This document shows, piece by piece, positions 54,695 through 64,000 of a stretch of DNA of 64,000 bases (the stretch's first letter is position 1; every line of letters begins with the position of its first letter). A program made the translations under genes and the position numbers. The stretch is from Octopus sinensis. Its lineage: Eukaryota. A model generated the notes under the pieces. That model was not told where the DNA came from and did not search any database. It saw nothing but the letters and a program-made list of their open reading frames with translations. The stretch is from assembly GCF_006345805.1 (NCBI RefSeq), contig NC_043022.1, forward strand, positions 23,932,001 through 23,996,000, given 5' to 3'.

Positions 54695-55740
54695 AACAGA
54701 TTTAGAAATATCTCGATTTTCAAAAGTTGCCAGATCTTTCGTCTACAAAGTTTGTAAGTAGCTAGACACTGAAGATGGAAACGTATCATCAATATCAAAG
54801 CATAAAAAGCATTTTAAACCATCTGAAATCATCAGAACACTTGAATTTGTCCAGCAAGTTCAACAGACAATTGATTACAATCCCAGAAAGTCCATGGGGC
54901 CAATTGCAAATGATCTCCATGTGTGAGGAGCAGTAGGTCAATTTGTCAGAAAAGGCAAAAGAAAATCACTACATCAGATCTAAAAGACTCTTAAACAAAC
55001 TGAAAAATCCAGCAGAAGATTTGACCTGGTTTTTTTCTCAATGAGAAAAACTTCGAGCAAGATCAAAAAGTTGACAGAAGAAATGACAGATGGTTATATG
55101 CTGGCCCTTCTGAAGTTCCAAGTGTTATGCATACAAAATTTCTTGCAAGTGTCGTGCTTTTAGGGGTTGTCAGCAATGAAGGACATGTGATGCCTCCTTC
55201 TTTCTACAATGCCTTAGAGTTAACTCTGCTGCCTACATTGAGGTCTTGGAAATAATTGTTCAGCCCTAGATAGACAGTCTATGCAATGGAAAGCCATATG
55301 TGTTTCAGTAAGACACTGCACTATCACATATGGCTCTAGTAACAGAGGAATGGATGGCTTAAAATTTTCATTATCACATAACCCCTAACATTTGGCCTCC
55401 TAATCTCCCAGATCTCAATCCAATGGACTACTACATGTGGAGCGTTGTTGAGAGAGAGGTCAATGAACATGCCTGTAACACCAAAGATTCTTTAAAAGCT
55501 GCCATAGTCAGAGTAAATGTCCAAAATAAACGAGGCCCACTTGATTCCAACATGTAGATGATTTAGATCTCATATAGAAGCAGTTGTTGAAGCTGAAGGT
55601 GGCTTTATTGAATAACATTATAGAAAAGAAGGTTTATTTTTATCCTCATAGCATTTTTTGATAAATAAAGTTATCTGTTATTATATATCTGTTTTTTTTA
55701 TATAAACATAAATCTGTCCTCAAATATCTTACGCACCCTG
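54695..55740 (+). pseudogene. DD37D (maT) Tc1/mariner transposase pseudogene with right TIR
   Basis: NPRKSM..IANDL (HTH), WFFS.EKNF.QDQK, GVVSNEGHVMPP, YVFQ*D-37aa-WPPNLPDLNPMD, EAVVEAEGGFIE*; many stops and frameshifts; ends CACCCTG. Confidence 0.93.
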
Positions 55741-55742
55741 TG

Positions 55743-55790
<48 letters not shown>

Positions 55791-56399
55791 GTTTAAATGA
55801 TGTTTTAGGTGGCTCAACTCCCATACGTCCAAGTTTACGTTCAAGCAACTTAGCGGTTTAGCAAAAGGACCCGCTAAATACCAGACTTACGAAAAATTAT
55901 AATGAGTACCGAGGTCCATTTATTCGACTAAACCCCTTCAAGATAGTTCCCCAGCATGGCCACAGTCCAAGGAGTGAAACAAGAAAAAAATATATAAAAC
56001 ATAAAAGATTACTTAGCATTTAATTCTGGTCAATAAAGGCAAGGGGGACAACTCAGAAAATAGAAATCAATTCAAACTGTATACGGGGCGGCAATGGCGA
56101 ATGGAATATTTATGACGTACCACTTCAGAGTGTTTGTAACAGCTAATGTCCACCACTTAATAATTATTTAATGGCCTCATGGTAGTTCTCTGCTGTGAAG
56201 CTAGATAAATCTGGATAATTATTGTTAATTACTTGCGTCTACAACTTGATAATGATGCACTAATTACACCCTGGCACTCAAATATTTTGCAACTTCTAAA
56301 TTTACACTTCGTTGTTGTTTGTGTTTATTTTATGTGTTTGTACTTTGTCTGTAGGTATATATGTATGTTGTATCTATATATATTGTATGCGTGGTATTG

Positions 56400-56434
<35 letters not shown>

Positions 56435-56443
56435 TATATATAT

Positions 56444-56494
<51 letters not shown>

Positions 56495-57541
56495 GTATAT
56501 ATACATATATACCTTTATATATTAGAGAGAGAGAAGAGGGAAATGGTTATAAATACACATACACACACACATATGTATGTATGCATGCATATAAAAATAT
56601 GTGTGTATATATGTGTGTGTGTGTGTGCATGTGTTTGCGCATGCACATGCATTTATGAATACACGAAAATATAAAAAGCTGTGAAAGACATGTGCAAGAA
56701 CAACCTGATCAAGCACCGTATTGATCGCCAGAAATTAGAAGGTGTTACTAATGAGAAACCGGAGCAAGTACGAGGGCAATCAAGAGAGGTGTGATTACCG
56801 TGGAACAGGAGACGTATGCTGTTCTCTGATTAAAATGCCGAGGAATAAAGGGGAAGCCAAAGCAAACCAATCCGAACAGGAAGTAGCACTCTGACTTGTG
56901 ACTTCGCCGGAAGGGTTTTTTTGTTACCAACATTGGGCGGGATCAGAAGTAGGCCTATGTATGAGAGATTGTAAGCTTTCCGTTCAGAACGTTTATTAAT
57001 GACGATGAAGGTTATTAACATTACAATATGCTTACATATAAACATATCACACACACACACACACACACACACACCACACACACACACACACATATATATC
57101 TCTTATGATAATATATATATAAAATGAATCCAAACATGAAAACACAAAGAGAAAACACAACAACGCGAGGACGTGGAACAAATATAGTATTATTGGAGCT
57201 CTTCGTCGGAAACATAGAAGGGAAGACAGAGGGAAAAAAATCGCCAACGGTACACACGCGGTCACATATATATATATATATATATATATATGTGCATATC
57301 TATATACATAGATATATACATACATGCATGCATGCCTATGTATGTGTGAATATATGTATGTATGTGTGTATGTATGTATGTATGTATGTACGTATGTATG
57401 TATGTATGTATGTATGTATGTATGTATGTATGTATGCATGCATGTATATATGTATCTACGTACGTATGTATGTATGAATGCATGTATATTTATATATATA
57501 TATATAACATAACCACACACATACGCGTAAATAGACAAACG

Positions 57542-57583
<42 letters not shown>

Positions 57584-57589
57584 TATATA

Positions 57590-57706
57590 GGAAATAGTGG
57601 CACAACAAGGTACCAGTTTTTGCTGGAAATGGCTGTCGATAATTGTACAACGCTATGTATTGACTGCTATTTCCAGCAAAATTTGGTACCTTGTGCCACT
57701 ATTTCC
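57590..57706. mobile_element. Palindromic MITE-like element with TA TSD
   Basis: TA|GGAAATAGTGGCACAA..GGTACCA..TTTTGCTGGAAAT ... ATTTCCAGCAAAATTTGGTACCTTGTGCCACTATTTCC|TA. Confidence 0.8.
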
Positions 57707-58179
57707 TATTTATAATTCTACCTTTTCGGTACTTTATTTTGCTGGAAAATAATACTATTCTATTGCAATAATATCTATAATATATATATATATATACACG
57801 CACACATACATATGTATGTATATATATATATATATATATATATTATATGCTATAGAACCTTCCAAAACGTAACACCAATATCTAATGAAAACCCAGTAAT
57901 ACCAAATTAAGCACAAATTCCGCCGAGATCGACTTTGCCTTTCTTCCTTTCGGGGCCGATAAATTAACTACCAGTTGCGTACTGGAGTCGATCTAATCGA
58001 CTGGCCCCCTCCCCCAAAATTTCGGGCCTTGTGCCTAGAGTTGAAGAGAATACCAAAGTAAGCAATTCTCACAAACTGTGAATTCACAAACACTTTCCAT
58101 TTTACAAGAATGAAGGACAACCCAGAATAACAATTCTAAGATATAAGAAATTCACATGTGTGTGCGTGCATATATATAG

Positions 58180-58236
<57 letters not shown>

Positions 58237-58251
58237 TATATTATATATATA

Positions 58252-58470
58252 AAATCCAAAAAAAGAACAACAAACACAAAAACACAACAACGCGAGGACG
58301 TGGTACATGTAAATTGTTATCAGCCGCTCAGGGCAGGAAAGAAAGACGGTTTAATGTTTCGAGGAAACGCTCTTCTTTGGAAACAGAGGAAAGTGCAATA
58401 GAAAGGAAGACGCTGGAAGAAAATCGCCAACGATTCAAATGTGGTTACATTTTGAAATGACCGGAAGGGA
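58252..58470 (-). mobile_element. Penelope-like mini-element (internally deleted sister at 57120-57267)
   Basis: Shared AAAACACAACAACGCGAGGACGTGG; minus-strand cores GTTT-CCAAAGA-A-GAGCGTTTCCTC-GAAACATT-AAAC and GTTT-CCGACGA-A-GAGC. Confidence 0.6.
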
Positions 58471-58514
58471 AACATATATACATATATATGCACATACGTA
58501 TGAGCGTGTATGTT

Positions 58515-58787
58515 GGACTCACAGTCGAGGGATCGTAGGTTCGAATCTCAGACCGGACGATGTGTGTGTTTATGAGCGAAACACCTAAGCTCCACGCGGC
58601 TCCGGCAGAAGGTAATGGCGAAACTTCTGCTGACTCTTTCGCCACAACTTTCTCTCACTCTTTCCTCCTGCATCTTGCAGCTCACCTGCGATAGACCGGC
58701 GTCCCGTCCATGTGGTGAACCTATACGCCAAGAAACCGGGAAACCGGCCCTTATGAGCCAGGCAGGGCTCGAGAAAGAACAAACAAC
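58515..58787 (+). mobile_element. Family-C SINE, 5'-truncated
   Basis: Near-identical to 19939-20247. Confidence 0.92.
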
Positions 58788-59295
58788 AAAATGCATCGGA
58801 TGTAAATTTATACTCAGAGAGAAGCTGAAGGCCTCCAACTAGTTTTCCGTAAATATTTTCTCTCTAATTTCACTTCGAAATGAACGTTCATATCCACAAG
58901 GCCGCTGAACTCCACAACAGCAATTTATGTCATTTTGTTAATTTGTTTTGTGTTTTTGTTTTTTGTTTTTTTTTTTCTATTTTCTCCTCTCTCTCAGACA
59001 AACTATCTCAGGCTTTCTGCGAATATTCCCACCGATTTAACTCTTGGGCGATAATTAAATTTAAAAGATTGCAAATTTATTGCACTTAATTGTCAACAAA
59101 TGTTAATTGTTTCTACCTTATTAAACCTGCAACCATAAAGTTAAAAAAATATGTTTGGTTTAAAGTTTCTAATTTTTATTACTTTATTGTTCCTCGAGAC
59201 AATTGATTCGCAAATGTAAATGTTGACTGAGCGTTGAATGTAGTGGTTTAGCAGCTAGTCAAACAATTCACGTATGTATGTGTATGTACAATATG

Positions 59296-59338
<43 letters not shown>

Positions 59339-59442
59339 TTATTTTAAGCAGCAGAAAATTCAACAAAATCTGTTACTCTGAGTTTGAATTTTCTGCTGAG
59401 TTGAATTTTCTGCTGAGTTGAATTTTCTGCTGCTTAAAATAA
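59339..59442. repeat. 26-bp inverted repeat enclosing a triplicated 17-mer
   Basis: TTATTTTAAGCAGCAGAAAATTCAAC / GTTGAATTTTCTGCTGCTTAAAATAA; (TGAGTTGAATTTTCTGC)x3. Confidence 0.85.
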
Positions 59443-59537
59443 AGCATATTACTCTACCACTGGTATTTGAGTACTCTTTTATCCACCTTGTTTCACATTT
59501 ATGTTTACTCCGGTATATATATATATATATAATATAT

Positions 59538-59677
<140 letters not shown>

Positions 59678-59683
59678 TATTTA

Positions 59684-59719
<36 letters not shown>

Positions 59720-59724
<5 letters not shown>

Positions 59725-59950
59725 AAAGTTTACGAAAAAAACCAAAAGACGAAGACAGGTGGTGTACAATACAAACAAATGTATTAGTATAACGCTCAGG
59801 AATAGAAAAGGTCTTTTACGTTTCGAGCCTACGCTCTCCTACAGAAAGGGACACAGAAAAAACAAGGAGAGAAACGAGGAGAGAAAAACATGTTTGTAGT
59901 GGCTAACGATCTATCATGGCGTCTGATTCGGACAAAATGGTCAGACGTGA
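59720..59950 (-). mobile_element. Penelope-like mini-element with minimal hammerhead-like core
   Basis: Minus strand CTTT-CTGTAGG-A-GAGCGTAGGCTC-GAAACGTA-AAAG; abuts (TA)n. Confidence 0.6.
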
Positions 59951-60134
59951 GGAGGAAAGTAGGGGAGATAACAAGGTAAAGATGACCCCAACACAAAGGT
60001 GCGTGTGTGTATAAGAGAGTATGTATGTGCATGTGAAAGAGGGCTGGTGGTCTCGACGTGTGTGTGTATGTATGTGTAGGTGTGAAGATGTGGGGATGGG
60101 TATGTGAGTGGTGTGTTTTATATATATATATATT

Positions 60135-60460
60135 AAAAGACTCCGCCGGTTACGACGACGAGGGTCCCAGCTGATACGATCAACGGAACAGCTTGCTCGT
60201 GAAATTAACGTGCAAATGGCTGAGCATTCCACAGACACGTGTACCCTTAACGTAGTTCTCGGGGATAATCAGCGTGACACAGAGAGTGACAAGGCTGACC
60301 CTTTGAAATACAAGTACAACTCATTTTTTGCCAGCTGAGTGGACTGGAGCAACGTGAAATAAAGTGTCTTGCTCAAGGACACAACGCGTCGCCGGGAATC
60401 GAACTCACAACCTTACGATCATGAGCCGAATGCCCTAACCACTAAGCCACGCGCCCTCAC
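60135..60460 (-). mobile_element. Full-length family-C' SINE
   Basis: A box TGGCTTAGTGG, B box GAGTTCGATTC, GTGTCCTTGAGCAAGACAC core. Confidence 0.9.
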
Positions 60461-60629
60461 ATATATATATATATATATACACGCACTCACATACGCGCGC
60501 GCACACTCACACACATACGCGCATACATAGGCTGTCCATAAATTATCTTTACAACTTCCACAATGTATTGTATCTAGAACCGTCCTAGACGTGTTCTTAT
60601 TTTCATAATAAAACTTTATTTGCTAGCCT

Positions 60630-61143
60630 GTCATTAAACTGCGGTCATGTTGGGGCAACCTCTTTTAGCTGAAAGGATCGACCCTGTACTTATTTTCTTT
60701 TTTAGGAATGGTACTTGTTCCATCGGTCACTTTTTGCCGAACAGCTAAGTTTCGGAGACGTAAACGCACCAACAGCAGTTGCCAGCAGGGCTGGCTGAGG
60801 GTACCGGTAACTCGGGTAGTCGCCCTTGGCGCAATGTGCTAGGGGGCGCCAAGGAAAATTTCCACGACCATGAGCTTGTACGCGCCGAAGTTCAGCTTAC
60901 GCGGGTTGCCAACAGCCCTAGGGCCGGCCCTGATTCTCAAACGGTAGAGCGGGAACAAACAGCAAGATACACCCCACGACACACACACACATATACATAT
61001 ACACGCGCACGACGGGCTTTTTTAGTTTCCGCCTACCAAATCCACTCACAAGAATTTAGTCGGCCTTAGGCTATAGTAGAAGACACAGACCAAGGTTCCA
61101 CGCAGTGGGACCGAACCTCTTACCACACAGCCACGCCTGCGCT
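60630..61143 (-). mobile_element. Family-A SINE containing a nested hAT MITE
   Basis: SINE homology resumes after 60932. Confidence 0.85.
60786..60932. mobile_element. 147-bp hAT-type MITE
   Basis: TIRs CAGGGCTGGC / GCCGGCCCTG; degenerate 8-bp TSD (GTTGCCAG / ATTCTCAA vs SINE consensus GTTGTCAA). Confidence 0.75.
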
Positions 61144-62391
61144 TATGTATATAAATAGCTAACAAGAAAATGTCCATTGTGTAGAATTAATATATTGCTT
61201 GCAACCCACAACCTTGATACACATACAAACATATACAGACATATACATGTACACTACTAAATGCGATTTTATAATTAGCCCTATCCAAAGCGGGCACGCT
61301 AGCACAATCGTTAGCACGCCGGACAAAATGCTTCGTGGTATTTCTTCCGGCTCACCACTGTGGGTTTAAATTCCATCGTGGAAAACTTTGTCTTTCACTC
61401 TTCCAGGGTCGGTAAAGTACCATTTTATTAATGGGGTCGAGGTAATCGATTAACCCTCTCCCCATAAAATATTTCAGGCTTTGTGTTTGTGCCTACAGCA
61501 GAAAGGATAGTTAACCCTATCCCACAATCCCCTCTTCCACGAATTTCATTCCAGATTTTAAAACTATCGTTAGACCTGTAAAACCGCTATAACGTTTTCA
61601 ATTAATGAGTTTACGGCATAATATTCTTTTCAGCTCTCTTTCAACGACTTTCCATTATTATCTTACAACGCGATCAATTGAAGATTCCGGAACATAACTG
61701 AATACAATATACACCTGAAGAAGGATGGAGGATACAACGGCCATAATGATATGAAATTGTGAATCAAAATGAGGGAACTAGGCCGAATATATTAACATAA
61801 TAATAAATGTTTCTATTTTAAGTACAAGGCCCGACATTTTTTAATGGGGGGGGGGGCTAGTCGATTAGATCGACCCCAGTGCTCAACTAGTACTTAATTC
61901 ATATATCCCGAAAAGTTGAAAAGCAACATCGACCTCGAGATGTAATGCTGGAAAAAATTCTTGCTTTGTCCAGCGTGTTAATGATTCTTTCCACCCCAAC
62001 ATATCAACGTGATGGTTTCAAATTCTGGCGCTGGGAAAAGAGAAAAAGATTACGACGACCCTAGTACTATTGTAAATATACAAAAGGACAGAGAAATGCG
62101 GTAGAAATGATTTCGTCTTGAGTCACTGGTGTGTGAAGGCAACGAAAAGACCGGTTGATCGGAACTTTGAATCGGATCAGGTAAAATCTATTTACTTTAA
62201 AGACATCAAATAGCTGCACACATACAGATGCGAGCGTGTGTGTATACATACGCACACAAACTGGTACGTGTATGCGTTGATGCGAAGATGAATGTAAGTT
62301 ACAAAAAAGCTTCTTTATAAATGTACGTATATTCATACATACTTTTACACACACATATGTGTATGTGTATATAGATATACATCATACATAC

Positions 62392-62422
<31 letters not shown>

Positions 62423-63007
62423 ATTATATATATTATATTATATATATAATATATATATTATATATACACATATACATATACATATGAATATGTTAGCATA
62501 TATACACAGGCATATACATATATACATACGTACATACACATAGATACAGATAGATTCATACACATGCATAGACATACGCACAAACCCTAGCACAGATATA
62601 CATAAAGATAGAGACACATGCACACATTCACATATACACACAAATATATAGTATATATTTATCCTGTATATCACTTTTTAATTTTGCTATCATTTTTTAA
62701 AAGTGTTTGATGGACATTAATATTCTTCAAAGGAAGAATTTTTAACGTAATTTTTGCGGACGGTGAAAAATACAGAAAGCAAAAGAGAAACCATATGAAA
62801 CAAACAAACAAACAAACAAACAAACGAATGAATAAATAAATAAGCAAGAACTGCAAATCCTTACACAAAATAATATAGAAGATGAGTAATAGCTGTTCAC
62901 TATATATCAAGAGAGTCTGTTTGGAAGTATATGAGAAAGAGATTGATAATGTGTCGGCAATTCGAAACAAGCTCGTTTCTTCAGTTTAGTATTAGAATGG
63001 AGCAGTG

Positions 63008-63390
63008 GGGGCAGCGAGCTGGCAAAATCGTTAGCACACCGGGCAAAATGCTTAGCGGCATTTCGTCCGCCTCTACGTTCGGAGTTCAAATCCCACCGAG
63101 GTCAACTATGTTTTTTTTATTCTTTCGGAGTCGATAAAATAAGTACCATTTCAGCACAGGGGTCAATATAATCGACTAGCCTTTTTCCCCAAAATTTCAG
63201 GCCTTGTGCCTATAGCAGAAAGGATTATTATTATTGTGATTATTATTAACTTCAAATTCTGCAGAGTTCTACTTTACCCATCATCCTTAGGGGTCGATAA
63301 AATAAGTACCAGTTGAGCCCTGGGGTTGATGTAATCGTTTTGCCCTTCCTCTCAAATTGCTGGCCTGGTGCCAAAATTTGAAACTAGTAT
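63008..63390 (+). mobile_element. Two family-B SINE copies
   Basis: GCGAGCTGGCAAAATCGTTAGCAC head; truncated second copy at ~63250. Confidence 0.85.
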
Positions 63391-63529
63391 TGGTGTAAAT
63401 TAGTGAATGATATGAAATTTCTTAGTAAAGCATAAACATCATATTTTAATGCAATCCTGAATGTTAATGCTTTGTTTAATGCCTGCATAACGCCGGTTGG
63501 TCCTTTATTTTCTTTTATCATCAAATATA

Positions 63530-63817
63530 GGCGCAGGCAAAGAAAGTTCGCTTTGCAACCAAATGGTTTCGGGTTCAGTCACACTACGCGACACCTCGGG
63601 CAAATGCCTTCTACTATTGTCTCAGCCTGACCAAAGACTTGTGAGTAGTAATAAAAGACTGCATGGTAAGAAGTTTGCTCCCCAATTACAGTGTTCCGGG
63701 TTCAGTCCCACTGCGTGACACCTTAGCTAACCAAAGCATTGTGAGTGGCTGTGTTGTAAGTATAGGCGCAGGAGTAGCTGTGTGGTAAGTAGCTTTCTTA
63801 CCAACCATATGGTTCCG
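63530..63817 (+). mobile_element. Stack of three family-A SINE 5' heads
   Basis: Repeated GGCGCAGG / GGTAAG...GGGTTCAGTC.CACT.CG segments. Confidence 0.75.
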
Positions 63818-63844
63818 CTAGGTTAAAATAATAATAATAATAAA

Positions 63845-64000
63845 TGTTCCTTCTTGAGCCATGCCAGGCTCATAAGGGCCGGTTTCCTGGTTTCAGTGGC
63901 GTAGAAATCCACCCCCCACCCTCGGACGGGACGCCGGTCCGTCGCAGGATTACTCATTTTTGCCAGCTGAGTGGACTGGAGCAACGTGAAATGAAGTGTT
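63845..64000 (-). mobile_element. Family-C/C' SINE 3' half (runs off the window)
   Basis: Tail CCCTTATGAGCCTGGCATGGCTC shared with family C; body shared with C'. Confidence 0.85.

Noticed and set aside
61712-61760. CTGAAGAAGG hammerhead-like start
   Set aside because: GAAA and stem II are decayed; at most a PLE remnant.

Overview
Eukaryotic, AT-rich, repeat-saturated DNA. The SINE families and extreme microsatellite density point to an octopus (coleoid cephalopod) genome; this is an inference from the repeats. No intact, recognisable protein-coding gene is visible, and almost every ORF in the supplied track is a microsatellite or SINE translation. The window holds >30 copies of three tRNA-derived SINE families, two dead Tc1/mariner transposases (DD34E and DD37D), LINE fragments (Tx1/L1 RT, RTE, R4-like RLE), non-autonomous Helitrons, hAT and other MITEs, local duplications and one 100-N gap. 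The most notable signal is a set of hammerhead-ribozyme motifs: one near-complete type I hammerhead with a very long stem II (4927-5042), a second near-canonical core (3999-4051), and a family of ~200-bp Penelope-like mini-elements embedded in (TA)n that carry minimal hammerhead cores with covarying stem I. Also present: a SINE with a ~137-bp target-site duplication, several long fold-back hairpins (potential ADAR substrates), a strong CTCF-type motif, and four weak minus-strand exon candidates. Repeat boundaries are approximate (hand-read).
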